Assembly: GCF_009914755.1 (NCBI RefSeq) | Contig: NC_060926.1 | Strand: one strand, 5' to 3' | Source of the DNA: the human T2T-CHM13v2.0 reference genome, Homo sapiens | DNA: 64,000 bases | Part shown: positions 14,410 through 30,782 of the stretch, piece after piece | Numbering within the stretch: the stretch's first letter is position 1 | Layout: each line of letters begins with the position of its first letter | The notes under the pieces: generated by a model | Seen by the model: only the letters and a program-made list of their open reading frames with translations | Told to the model about the DNA's origin: nothing | Database searches by the model: none | Made by a program: the position numbers and the translations under genes

Positions 14410-14685
14410 AGTAGAAAACATAAAGACATTTACTGTAAGGAATTGTCTTCCAGGATTCTGAGGCTGACTAGGCAAGTCTGAAATTCTTAGGGAAGGCCAT
14501 CAGGATAAGTGTCAGCTGAAACTTTTGCCACAGGCAGAATATCTCATTCTCCTGAGAGGCTTTTATTCTTCTCTTTAGATCTTTCAGCTGAGTGAATCAG
14601 GGCCATTCAGACTGTGTACGATAATTGCCCTTACCTAAAGTCAGCTGATTATGGATTTTAATCACCTCTACAAAATACCTTCATA
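14410..14685 (-). mobile_element. MLT2 (ERVL) LTR fragment
   Basis: GGAATTG...GGCAAGTCTGAAAT...AAAGTCAGCTGATTATGGATTTTAATCAC...AAAATACCTTCA; terminal-like piece at ~18075-18150. Confidence 0.7.
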
Positions 14686-14745
14686 AGACCCAGTACAGTG
14701 GCTCATGCCTATAATCACAACATTTTGGGAGGCCAAGGTGGGAGA
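14686..14745 (+). mobile_element. Alu 5' stub (~60 nt)
   Basis: CAGTGGCTCATGCCTATAATC...GGGAGGCCAAGGTGGGAG, then an abrupt switch to L1. Confidence 0.8.
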
Positions 14746-15935
14746 AATCTGCTGTTAATCAGATAGGTTTTCCTTTATAGGTTACTTGATGCTTTGCCTC
14801 GTAGCTCTTAAGATTCTTTCCTTTGTCTTGACTTTAGATAACCTGATGACAATGTGCCTAGGCGATGATCTTTTTGTGATGAATTTCCCAGGTGTTCTTT
14901 GAGCAAGGCCGGGGAAAGTTTTTTCGATTATTCCCCCAAATATGTTTTCCAAACTTTTAAATTTCCTCAGGAATGCTGATCTTTCTCAGGAATGCCAATT
15001 ATTCTCATATTTGGTCATTTAACATAATCCCAAACTTCTTGGGGGTTTGCTCATTTTCAAAATTCTTTTTTCTTATCTTTGTTGGATTGGGTTATTCCAA
15101 AAACCTTGTCTTTGAGCTCTGAAGTTCTTTCTTCTGCTTGTTCAATTCTATTCCTGAGACTCTCAAGTATGTTTTGCATTTCTCTAAGTGTGTCCTTTAT
15201 TTCCTGAAGTTGTGATTGTTATTTATGCTACCTGTTTCACTGAAGATTTCTCCCCTCATATCTTGTATCATTTATTTGATTTCCTTAAGTTGGACTTCAC
15301 CTTTCTCTGGTGCCTGCTTGAATAGCTTAATAATTGACCTTCTGAATTCTTTTTCTGGCAATTCAGATTTTTCTTCTTGGTTTGGATCCATTGCTGGTGA
15401 GCTAATGCGACTTTTTGGGGTGTTAAAGAACCTTCTCTTGTCATATTACCAGAATTGTTTTCCTGGTTCCTTCTCATGCGGGTAGGCTATGTCAGAGGGG
15501 AGATCTGGAGCTCAAGGCTGCTGTTCAGACTCTTGTGCCACGGGGTACTCCCTTGATGTAATATTCCCCCTCTTTCCCTAGGGATGTGGCTTTCTGAGAG
15601 CCAAACTGTAGTGATTGTTATTTCTCTTCTGAATCTAGCCAGCAAGCAGGGCTGCCAGGCTCTGGGCTGGTACTGGGGGTGTCTGCACAGAGTCCTGTGA
15701 GGTGAACTGTGTTCAGTTCTCTCAGCTGTGGATACCAGCACGGTATTTGAGATGTCTCCTGGATCCTGCAGGAGGAATCCACTTCCTTCAAAGGGTCTGT
15801 GGATTCTCTTGGCTTTTCTGGTATACTCCTGCAGTAGTTTTTGGAGCAATAGTCCACAATGCTAGTCTCCACATTCTGCTCTGTCTATCCAGAGTGGGAG
15901 CTGCACTTTAGTACTGCCTCCTATCTGCCATTTTT
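14742..15935 (-). mobile_element. L1PB-type 5' UTR and start of ORF1
   Basis: Minus strand starts ATGGCAGATAGGAGGCAG...GCAGCTCCCAC; ORF1-like frame HQQWIQTKKK. Confidence 0.8.
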
Positions 15936-16099
15936 TTTTCAGTCACCTGTCAGTTGAGAAATGTGTTTCTATTTTCCTTTGGATAACTGGAAGCTAACTA
16001 ATGTTAAGTTTAATTTTTAATTTAATGTTTAATATTAAGACTACTTAAAAGACTTATCCCAGGAGCTTAATGCAATTATTAAAGTCATTGAATCTGAAA

Positions 16100-16240
16100 C
16101 TAGGGAACTTTAAAAATACCAGTGCCTGGGCTCCACTGTGGACCAATTAAATCAGAATCTCTGACAGTTAGGGCCCTGACCTTGGTAGTTTGAAAATGTT
16201 CCCAGGTGATTCTGATATAGCCAAGGTTGAGAATAAATGC
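16100..16240. mobile_element. MER5 (hAT-Charlie MITE)
   Basis: CCAATTAAATCAGAATCTCTG...CCCAGGTGATTCTGAT...AAGGTTGAGAA. Confidence 0.8.
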
Positions 16241-16454
16241 TCTAAATATATTTGAATTTTTTGGTTTTCCTGTTTTATACATGTTTTGATATTGAAATGA
16301 TCATTCTATCATCTTTGGAAATAAATGCCTTCATAAATTGGAAATAACTAATTATTTTGGTAAAAATAAATACATGTTATTAAAGCCACTGAGACACTTG
16401 AAATCACCTTCCTAGACTGTAAGCACATGGAGGGCAGGTACCACGTGTTACTTA

Positions 16455-17190
<736 letters not shown>

Positions 17191-17267
17191 CTGTTTGGTT
17201 TTATATTTCTGCACTTAACCTAATAACTCTCATAGTGTGAGAGCTTACTAGATATTCAGGAATCCAC

Positions 17268-17781
17268 ATTAAGTTATCCCTCTCTTATCCTTACAGGATA
17301 TGTTCCAGTCGCCAGTGGATGCCTGAAACCTATATATATAATATTGAGCCCTGTATATACTATGTTTTTCCTGTACATGCATACTATGATGAAGTTTAAT
17401 TTATAAATTAGGCACAGTAAGAGACTAACAATGATAATTAATAATAAAATAGAACAGTTAGAAAAGCTATCACAATATACTGTAATAAAAATTATGTGAA
17501 TGTGATCTGTCTTTTCCCTCAGCTACTAAGTGACGGAGGGCAGGTAGTGTCTACAGTCACATGCTGGTCAAAGGGATGATTCGCTTCCCAAATGGGACAG
17601 AGTGGGATGGCATAAGATTTCATCATGCTACTCAGAATGGAAAGCAATTAAAAATATATAAATTGTTTATTTCTGGAACTTTTTACTGATTATTTTTGGG
17701 TCCTTGGTTACTCAAGGACCACAGTTGACCTTGAGTAACAAAACTACAGAAAGTGAAATTGTGGATAAGGGGAAACTACTG
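17268..17781. mobile_element. MER44 (Tigger7 derivative)
   Basis: CTTATCC...CAGTGGATGCCTGAAACC start; GTGGATAAGGGGAAACTACTG end. Confidence 0.85.
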
Positions 17782-18826
17782 TGCCACATTTTCTTCACTG
17801 TTAGAGATTATGCATCATTGTGGGTGTTCATGCATGTGTGTGCATGTGTATTTTTCTCTCCAGGCAGGTTCATCTCGGCATATTGGCTCTGCGAGTCTAT
17901 AGCTCTGCAGATTTGCTATCTCTGGGAGTGGAAGAGCAGAGCTGGGATTCCCATACCTATAGCTGTGAGATCCAAGGTGACCTCAACCACAATGATAGTG
18001 CCACCACAGACACTCCAACTACTCATTGATCCTCACTCACGTTTTCAGATTTTTCTCATTTATACTCAATAAAAAAGCAAATAGAACTTCCAGAGTGTTT
18101 AAATGACTGGGGACAATAGCCTTGCCAAGTAGACACATAAAACTGACCCACCTTGGGAAGAACAGTGAACACATTATTCAAAAATATCACAATAAGTTTC
18201 AGGGAGGAGACAAATAACTCTATTTTCTATAGACAAAAAAAAAAATCATTTTGCAACAAACCCAGATAAGTTCTGTTGTGAGTCAGTAACGTAGTTCCTG
18301 GATTGCTCCCCTGGTCAGATACATACCACTGGCTAGTGCTGTCCCTGCATCCCCAGATCGGCATAGCTCTGGAGAATGGGGACTTGACTAGAAAGGGAAA
18401 GACAGGCTGTCCTGAGGTCAAGGCTTTTCAAGAACCTTACCAGTGACCTGCCAAGCTTCTGCACTTTCCAACCCCAGCTGTTCAGGTATCACCACCTCAA
18501 AAGGAAGGTTCACTTGACAGAGACTTCCACAGGACAAACTCACCAGAAACCCTCTTTCCTGAGACCAAGTAGAATGAGAGCATTTTCATAGTAGAGAGAA
18601 AATGAAGACAGACTCATATTTATTCAGACACTAAGTTTTCATTGGAAATACCCTGTTTGTATTTAGGTTTTATAAAATTCCCAGTTGAAAAACTAGATTG
18701 TGATCCAAGTTGTTCCAACCATGTTGTAAAAATTGTCCAATAACTAAACTGAGTAGCAAATAATCATTTTTCTTTAATAGTCACACCTACATTGACAGGC
18801 CTGGTATATCTTTTTTAGAAGAATTG

Positions 18827-19142
18827 TTTTTTTTTTGTTTTGTTTTTCTTTTTGTTTTTTTGAGACAGAGTCTTGCTCTGTCACCCAGGTTGGAGTACAG
18901 TGGTGCGATCTTGGCTCACTGCAATCTCTGCCTCCCAGGTTCAAGCTAATCTCCTGCCTCAACCTCTAAGTAGCTGCGATTACAGGCACCCACCACCATG
19001 CTCAGCTAATTTTCATATTTTTAGTAGAGATGGGGTTTCTCCATGTTGGCCAGGCTGATCTTGAACTCCTGACCTCAAGTGATTTGCCCACCTTGGCCTC
19101 CCAAAGTGCTGGGATTACAGGCGTGAGCCACTGCGCCCAGCC
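18827..19142 (-). mobile_element. AluS
   Basis: Reverse Alu; TSD core AGAATTG. Confidence 0.92.
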
Positions 19143-19254
19143 AGAATTGATTTGAACTTAAAGCAAAAGTATCTGTTTCAAAACTACATTTATTCGAGTT
19201 AAATAAATTCAGTAATTCTTATGTCAACTCAATATGATTAACATCAAATTAATA

Positions 19255-19385
19255 AAGTGAAAATGTTAGTTCTTTAGTCACACCAGCCACATTTTGAGTA
19301 CTCAATAATCATATGTCACCAGTGGCCACCATTTTGGACAGCATGGATATAGAAGATATAATACCACTTCTGCATAATGCAGTCA
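19255..19385. mobile_element. MER3/MER33-type hAT fragment
   Basis: AGTCACACCAGCCACATTTTGAGTACTCAATA...GTGGCCACCATTTTGGACAGC. Confidence 0.7.
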
Positions 19386-19585
19386 GATATATTTATAGCT
19401 GTAACTCTAGCCACATCAAGGCAATGGCCAAGGTCAGGGCAGTGAACAGCATTTGCTTTTCCTCTACCTAGCTTGTAAGTCTTATACTTTATGGGCATAT
19501 TTGTAATCACCTGATGTGTTCTTGCCTGCTGCACAGATAAGCCCAATTCACTGAGACAGTGTGATCGCAGTAAAGAAAGAGTTTA

Positions 19586-19870
19586 GGCCAAGTGCTGTGG
19601 CTCATGCCTGTAATCCCAGCACTTTGGGAGGCCAAGGCAGGTGGATCATGAGGTCAGATCGAGAGCAGCCTGGCCAATATGGTGAAACCTCGTATCTACT
19701 AAAAATACAAAAATTAGCCAGGTGTGGTGGCACGTGCCTGTAGTCCCAGCTACTCGGGAGGCTGAGTCAGAAGAATCACTTGAACCTGGGAGTCAGAGGT
19801 TGCAGTGAGCTGAGATCATGCCACTGAACTCCATCCTGGGCAAGAAAGTGAGACTCTGTCTCAAAAAAAA
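19586..19870 (+). mobile_element. AluS
   Basis: Dimeric Alu; TSD AAA(G/A)AGTTTA. Confidence 0.92.
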
Positions 19871-20267
19871 GTTTAATTAACTTAAGCCTGGTCAAGCAGA
19901 AAGGCTGGATTCATTACTCAAATCAGTCTCCCTGAGAACTCAGAGGCTAGGTTTTTATGTTTTGGTGGGTAAGGGGAATGGGTGCTGCTGATTGGTTGGT
20001 GATTAAATTTTAGGGGTATGGGAAATGGTCCTTGTGTACTGAATCTGCCTCTGAGTAGAGGTGGGCACAGCACCAGTTGAGTCACGAGTCACAGGTCTGG
20101 GTGGGGTCAATCAGTTGTCAGCATGCACAAGTCTGAACAACATCTCAAAAGACCAACTTTAAGTTCTGCAATAGTGATGTTATCTATAGGAGCAATTGAG
20201 GAAGTCACAAATCTTGTGACCTATGGCCATGACTCCTGAGCGATAAGGGATTATAGAAACTATGCTT

Positions 20268-20475
20268 GGCTGGGCATGGTGGCTCATGCCTGTAATCCCA
20301 GCACTTTGGGTGGCTGAGGCAGCAGGATCAATCGAGCCCAAGAGTTCAAGACCAGCTGGGTAACATAATGAGACCCTATCTGTTAAAAAAAAAAAAAAAG
20401 AAAGAAAAAAAAAGAAAAAGGAAGAAAAGAAAAGAAAAAGAAATGAAAAGAAAAGAAAAAAAAGAGAGGAAAGGA
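20268..20475 (+). mobile_element. FLAM_C with long A/GAAAA tail
   Basis: Single monomer followed by ~90 nt purine-rich tail. Confidence 0.88.
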
Positions 20476-22067
20476 AACTACACTGACATTTTAGCAAAAT
20501 TCAGACCCCTCCAATAATACTAATGCTATAGCTTTTCATTAGTAAAGAGGGGTTAGGTTTAGGGAGGGACTATTATCATCCTTGCTTCAAAATTAAATTA
20601 TAAACTAAATTCTTCCCATGGTTAGCTTGGCCTACACCCTACACACAGGAATGAGTGAGGACAGCCAGCTTGCAAGGGTAGAAGTAAGATAGAGTCAGCC
20701 ATGCTAACTTTCTCTCATTATAGTCTTTGCAAAGGTGGGTCATACTGACTCTAATTGATTGACTGCCAGACTAGACTCCTTGCTAGTCCAGGGCCTTGGA
20801 CGTATCACCCAAGGCCTTTCTGTGAAAGACACTCAAATATTTGTTCAATGATTTCTAATTGTATCCATTACTTATTTGTAGCTTCAAAAACAACGTTTGA
20901 ATCTTAACTTGTTTCACCTTGAGTTAATTTTGTTTCTATACCTCTTCAAAGAAAAGGAAGATTGAAGGGGTCTTTAACGCCTCCATTAACTCCTGCAACG
21001 TGAATTTGATATACTCTCTTTTGCATGAATTCAGCTTTGTGATTTCTGAAATGGTATCACCTGAAAGCCACTTAAGGCCAGACCAATGAAATGTTATAGG
21101 CAATATTTGAACCTAGGACTGACTGTTTTTTTTTGGCTCTGCTCATGTCTCTTCCAATTCTAAAATTTTATGATTTAATGATTTTGGAAATGTGTCAAAG
21201 AGAGACTTAGTGTAATTCAAAATAAATTTCAAATCTGAGGTGTCTTGTTTTCCTTTTAGATATTTAGCCTGACAAATATAAAGTTTTGAATCTTAAATAT
21301 AATTTTCATGTTTTGCTCTATCAAAAACACAATGGCAAAATAACAGATGGAAATGCATTTCTCAAACGAAACTGCCCTAAATTACTTCAGCAATCACTTT
21401 TGATAAATCTTTAGCCACCTGTGTATATTATTAAAACATCAACCAGCAGGAAGCGTATAATTTTATTTGGGTGGAAGTCTTTAGTTTTAAGGTAACAAAG
21501 ACAGGTGAATAACAGCGTTTTCAGATACAGCCTATTCTGAACAATGAGCTTTGACAGAACCCTGCTAGAAATTTATTCTTTGCGCTTGAGTCTTCTGATG
21601 AAAGTTTCCAGCTTGAAGCAATGGATTCAGGTACTATATTATTTATGCTTCTGCCGTAATTCTAAATGGACCCTTTTAAATCAAGAGCTAGCACATCTTC
21701 ATAGGAAACCTCAAACTTGTACACACCAACCCCCCATACCATCTAATTATAAAATTGAACATTATCAAAGAGAAGAAAAGAAGATAAAAAGAGTTTCTTT
21801 AGTACTTAACAGATGAACCATTTGACTAGTCTCTGTGTATTACAGTTTTTTGTTTACAAGAATGCTTTTCAGTGGAGCAGGGACCTTGTTTATATTTGGT
21901 GTTCCCAGGATGCTTGGGTACAGTGATACTTAATAAGTGCTTTTCTAACAAAGTGGCATTCAAGTTAAAGCTCAGTCGGGCAGCCAAATTCCCCTTCCAA
22001 GCATTAAGCTATACTTACAGTGTACTTAAAGGATATTTTATGTGGAATTATAAAAGTTAACACTTCT

Positions 22068-22403
<336 letters not shown>

Positions 22404-22943
22404 CTATCTTTAGACTTTGTCTCTTTATTCATACTGAGATCTGGATAAGAGGCACATACAAATCACACTTTCTCTTCTATTGCCAGAAAAGGATCTTCAA
22501 ATGTTAGGCTTCAACTCTAACACGTTTTTCTCCTTCACTGAAACAATCGATGAGAGTTGAAACGACGACTGAATAAGTATTCTTATAAGGGCCTGTTGTT
22601 TTCCATGAAAGAAAATATATTTGCAGACCTGTTACCACCAAGGGATTGCGGTCAAGGGAAGGCTAAAGCTTTCTTCCTCCACCAACGGATTGCTTAAAGC
22701 CCCTTTAGACAAACATAAAAGACTCAAAGTCAGTATGCTTCACTTCAAGCACAGCTTTTTCCTGCTAAGCTGCTCCTACTATATGGAAATTCTGGGGGTG
22801 TCAATGTTTGTATGCCCAACTGAGTATCTGTTATAAAACACACTTTTCCCAAGCCCCCACATTAATAATTTCTGACACATAAAAAATTAAGAGTTCAGAT
22901 TTAATTAATTGTGGACATTTAGGAAGGCTAATTTGAAAGTGTA

Positions 22944-25460
<2,517 letters not shown>

Positions 25461-25755
25461 TTACCTAAAGTGGATTCCAATTTGAAACTTGCCATGTTGA
25501 TGCTGAATACTCATTTCCAGTGATGCTAGGTAAGCACCAGAATGTAGTTACTGCTGGGATAAATAAGTGCACTGTAGTTCTAGGAAGATATGCTTTGTGG
25601 AGCATATTTCCACAAGTAATTATTAGTAAATATGTCCAAACTGGTCAGGATGAAAATATAGGAGAGCATTACATTTGCATTTTAGCATGTATGTCTTTTC
25701 TAAATAATAAAAATTTGTCATTTATGCTTACCACATTTATATTAAAAAAGGTTTA

Positions 25756-25892
25756 GCAGGAGGGAGGTGAGGGTTGAAAAATTACCTGTTGGGTACAATG
25801 TTCACTATTGGGGTGACAGGTACACTAAAAGTCCAGGCTCCATCACTACACAATATATGCGTGTAAGAAACCTGCACTTGTACCCCCTACAT
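25756..25892 (+). mobile_element. L1PB/L1MA 3' end fragment
   Basis: GAGGGTTGAAAAATTACCTGTTGGGTACAATGTTCAC...CCTGCACTTGTACCCC. Confidence 0.8.
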
Positions 25893-26250
25893 CTGCTTTT
25901 AAAAAAATAATCTGAGAATAATCTACTTTGGGAATAGGAGAGAATTATCCTTTTCCTTTTTAATTAAATTAGAACAAAATTTATTAGTTAATTATCTCAG
26001 GTTTGTTTGCTTCAATTTTGGAATGGTGTGACCAAATAAATCAATGCTCCTGGACTGTTGCATTGGTTTTCTAAAAATGGAGTGAAGAGAAGTAAGAGGA
26101 CTTACATTTCTATTGCTTTAATTTTTTATGCAATAGTGATGTTGATTTTTCAGAGCATGTCTCCTCAAAATAGTCCAGATTTTCTGTCATTACAATCCTA
26201 ATTGGAGAAAACTTAGAGTTTAAACATCTTTTTAAGTTTTTGATTCTGAG

Positions 26251-26611
26251 TGATATGGTTTGGCTGTGTCCCCACCAAAATCTCATCTTGAATTCCCAAG
26301 TGTTGTGGAAGGGACCTGGTGGGAGGTAACTGAATCATGGGGGCAAGTCTTTCCTGTGCTGTTCTCATGATCCTGAATAAGTCTCATGAGATCTGATGGT
26401 TTCAAAAAGAGAAGTTCTCCTGCACAAGTTTTCTCTCTTTGCCTGCTGCCATCCGTGTAAGATATGACTTGCTCCTCCTTGCCTTCTGCCATGATTGAGG
26501 CTTACCCAGCCACGTGAAACTATAAGTCCAATTAAACCTCTTTTTTTTTTTGTTGTAAATTGCCCAGTCTTGGGTATGTCTTTATCAGCAGCATGAAAAC
26601 AGGCTAATACA
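26251..26611 (+). mobile_element. THE1B/C solo LTR
   Basis: TGATATGGTTTGGCTGTGTCC...CTAATACA; perfect TSD CTGAG. Confidence 0.93.
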
Positions 26612-27331
26612 CTGAGGAAAGGGAGAAGTAAAGATATTTACATTTGCCTTTAAATGTCTAATATGTGGCAAGTGGTTTGTAAAGGTTATCACTTTTAAAC
26701 TTCGCAGACTGTCTGGAATTTAAGAACCTAGCTAACCAACCCTAAATGACCCAACTAGTGATGACAGAGCACAGATTTGAACCCTGAAATGTCTGCCTTA
26801 AAATCTTATACACTTTCGAATATGCTGTACTACCTCCACTAGTTAAGAATCACCCCTCATGTTGAAATTTAATATAGATGGCCTTGAGATGCCAAAAATG
26901 AGATATCTATAACTATGTCTATATCTATAGTTTTTTAGTGTTTAATACATTTTTTCTTAATCTTACAACTTCTTGAGGATAGAGTCAATATTTCATGCTC
27001 TTTATGTCTGCTGCAAACATTGATTAGACTTGTCAGGAGCACAGTGCCTTGATGGTATCTGATAGACTAATTGCTTACAGTTCATTGTTAATCCCCAGGC
27101 TTCTTCATTTCCTTAGTTCAAATAAGGTCAATGTTAATAATAATTGCTCAAATTCCACTGCCTTCTTATCTTCACTTGTATTCTGAAGGATCTCAATTTA
27201 AAATCTCTCCTAATGATTTCTAGGGGCCCCTGGAGATGTTTCATGTCAATGCAGAGTTTAGTTAAGATGTTTAGTTCTAGACTGCCTTGATTATGTCCTT
27301 GGACTGAATCTGAGAAATACCACTCACCCTG

Positions 27332-27687
27332 TGATATGGTTTGGCTCTGTGTCCCCACCCAAATCTCATCTTGAATTATACTCCCATAATTCCCATGTGT
27401 TGTGGGAGGGGCCAAATGGGAGGTAATTGAGTCATGGGGACTGGTCTTTCCCATGCTATTCTTGTAATAGCAAATAAGTCTCATGAGATCTGATGGTTTT
27501 AATAAGGGGAGTTTCCTTGCACAAGATCTCTCTTCTCTTATCTGCTGCCATGTGAGACGTGCCTTTCACTTTCTGCCATGATTGTGAGATCTCTCCAGCC
27601 ACATGCAACTCTTAAGTCCATTAAAACCTCTTTTTCTTCCCAGTCTCAGGTATGTCTTTTTCAGCAGTGTGAAAACTGACTAATACA
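27332..27687 (+). mobile_element. THE1 solo LTR
   Basis: TGATATGGTTTGGCTCTGTG...CTAATACA; TSD CCCTG/CTCTG. Confidence 0.92.
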
Positions 27688-27738
27688 CTCTGCAAATCAT
27701 TCAGTCACCTGGTATTTTAAATTTTTTTTTCTTTTTGA

Positions 27739-28244
<506 letters not shown>

Positions 28245-29016
28245 TGAACGTAGCTTCTTCAGCTTTTATCTACAACCTGCCCTCTTCAGGGCTTAAATAC
28301 CTGTTTGTGAGAGGTAGAGTAAGGAGCAAGTATTTTACTATCCTCTATAAATTCCTCACTCCTTGCAAATCATCTCCACTAAAACTTCACCATTGCATCA
28401 GGTACTCTCAGACATGCTTCAGTCTCTAGGTACCTTGGTATCTAGGTTTTAGATATCTAGTATATTAGATCTAGATATCCAGGTATGTAGATATCTAATG
28501 TATTGCAAAGGAAAGGTTTCAACATGTTTGACTTGGGGCACCATATTGTTTTATACAATTAAGTTGGCATATGTTTTAATTCCCCCAACTCTCATTTAAT
28601 ATTCCTATCCAGCTTTACAATGTATCTGCCTTCTTCCTATTCAAAGTTTAGCATTGCCTTCATCTAGGAGCTTGTTAAAAATACAGAAATTTGGTCACTA
28701 CTCCAGGCCTACTGAATTGGAATCTGAATTACTGTTGTCAATTCCACTAGTTAACATCAAAGTAATTCGTATTCATGTTAAAGTTAAGAGGTTATGATCT
28801 TTATTAGTCTACCATGCCCTGAACTTATTAGGTAACGATGAGCTAGGTAGTTTGAACAAAACCTCCAATGAAACAACTAAAATGAACTGGATAAAATATA
28901 AAATTATCTTAAGGAGGTCTCAGACTGAAAGATTTCTCATGTGCCTGGCAGAAGCAAACAAAAATTGCCACAAGAGAATGGTTTCATCACAGGACTAAAA
29001 TTACTTGTATAGATAG

Positions 29017-30782
29017 TTTTTTTTTTTTTTTTTTTTAAATGTGAGCCTTTTATTAAAATAAAGAAATAAAACTTTACTAAATAAATGGAAATATCTTTCT
29101 AGATAAAGTTGTACAACACTTCAAAATGCAGAATTACCTTATTTGATTTATATTTTATAAACTTGCTTTGTATTTTTCAATGTAAAAAGGAAAAACAAAC
29201 ATGTAAACCAGTTCACACTCTCCCTGGCGGAACAGATTGGTCCAGGGATAATTGCTGATTATACTGGAACGAATAATTGTAAATACATTTCACTTTGCTA
29301 GAGATAGCAAGAAACCCAATATACTAACAGAATAATATGCTACAACCAAACAAATTATAACATAATGAAAGAAAAGTAATAAATATTAATCTAAAGAAAG
29401 TTAGAAAAAAATTAAGGTAAAAACACACCATAAATAATAACAAAAAATATTCATATTGTCAATAAAACACCCCAGCTTTTAAAAGCTTTATATTAAGCAT
29501 ATTTCTATATTTCTATCTAAAATGAGGTTTTTTTAATCTTATAAGATAGTTTATTCAGTTTATAAAAGAGAAATAGGCAAAATATATTTGTATGACAAAT
29601 AACATTTATATGATTATTTCAGCACTTGGAATTGATTCAATAAAAGCTAAAGCCCTTTCCTCATTAAAAAAATTTCATTTAAAAATTAGATATGAAGCAT
29701 TGTAAGTTTAACAGAATAATGATCACTATTAGCTGTTAAAACGGTCAGCTAACTGCTATACTAAGACGTTTGGATAGCAAAGGATTAAGCTTGGTCTCTG
29801 AAGATAGACACTGATCCTTTCCTTCTCACGTTCTACCATGGACCAGTTGGGTAAGCCTTAGCAAATTACCATATTGCAGTTCCTTCATCAGAAATATGTT
29901 CATAAAAACAGTACCTCCTCTAAGGGTTTTCTCCAGGATTAAATAAGTTAATAAATATAATGCTCTTAGGATAATCCTTGCTACATATTAAGTTATCTAT
30001 AAATGCAAGCTTTTAGTATTACTATACTTAAATATAGAACTATCAGAGGTATTGCAGTAAAAATAGGAAAGAAAAAATTTTACTGTTACTGCTATAATTA
30101 TCATACTGCTCACAGTCTATGATACTACAAATTTTAATTAAAGCTTTCAATTGAATAGGTTTTTGTTAAAACCACAATCACATTAAATGTATATAACAAC
30201 TATAAGATTTCACCTATATTTCAAAAGTGTTAAAGTATAAGAAAGTACGTTAGGATGTAAATAATATGTTAATATTGGCCTGAAAATGTAGCAGGTTATA
30301 AAAAAATTGAATTGAAAGAATACATAATTGTTATTCTACGTCATATAAATTCATGTCTAGTATCCCAAGAAGACTAATTTAAAAAATGCGAATTAATAAG
30401 AGATAAGCAAATAGGAAAGTATATATTTGTAAAAATAAAAACATTTATAATAACTATCAGGCAACTATTAAAATCACATTTAAAATGCATTCATTCAATT
30501 AATATACTTTCCCATTATTTATTCATGCATTGTTTTATATAGACATATATATGTGTGTGTATATATGTATATATATATATATTTGTATTCATCCATTTGA
30601 CATTCTCTTACTTTACTAATACCTTTAGATCTGAATTTCAATTTTCTTTTTTTTTTTTTTGAGTTGCACAAAATTTTTATTTTTTTTATTTTTTATTTTT
30701 TATTTTTTATTTTTATTTTTTTTAATTTTTTTTATTATACTTTAAGTTTTAGGGTACATGTGCACATTGTGCAGGTTAGTTA
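29017..30782 (-). mobile_element. Young L1 (L1PA2/non-Ta L1HS-type) 3' stub with ~1.6-kb 3' transduction
   Basis: L1 end ATTATACTTTAAGTTTTAGGGTACATGTGCACATTGTGCAGGTTAGTTA (30734-30782); T tracts at 30674-30733, 30647-30660 and 29017-29036; minus-strand AATAAA at 29049-29054; TSD ATAGTTTTT. Confidence 0.88.
29775..30020 (+). mobile_element. MIR carried inside the transduced segment
   Basis: CAGTTCCTTCATCAGAAATATG...AACAGTACCTCCTCTAAGGGTT...AGGATTAAATAAGTTAATA. Confidence 0.7.

Larger units (their letters stand above)
19502..20742 (-). mobile_element. LTR8-family (ERV1) solo LTR with two Alu insertions
   Basis: TGTAATCACC...TTACTCAAATCAGTCTCCC...GCAAAGGTGGGTCA; 4-bp TSD TATT/TACT. Confidence 0.8.

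Noticed and set aside
17851-18090. Acceptor TTTTTCTCTCCAG followed by AATAAA (possible terminal exon)
   Set aside because: Isolated signals between repeats with no linking evidence
28425-28500. Quasi-palindromic TAGATATCTA-type repeats
   Set aside because: Low-complexity degenerate repeat without unique spacers; not CRISPR-like
29208-29290. Stem-loop TCCCTGG...CCAGGGA with outer CCAGT/ACTGG in the transduced DNA
   Set aside because: Stems are short and there is no convincing H/ACA two-hairpin layout
29017-30646. Possible processed pseudogene (poly(A) plus AATAAA)
   Set aside because: No ORF, contains MIR and old L1-like DNA, and is headed by an L1 3' end inside the same TSDs; transduction fits better
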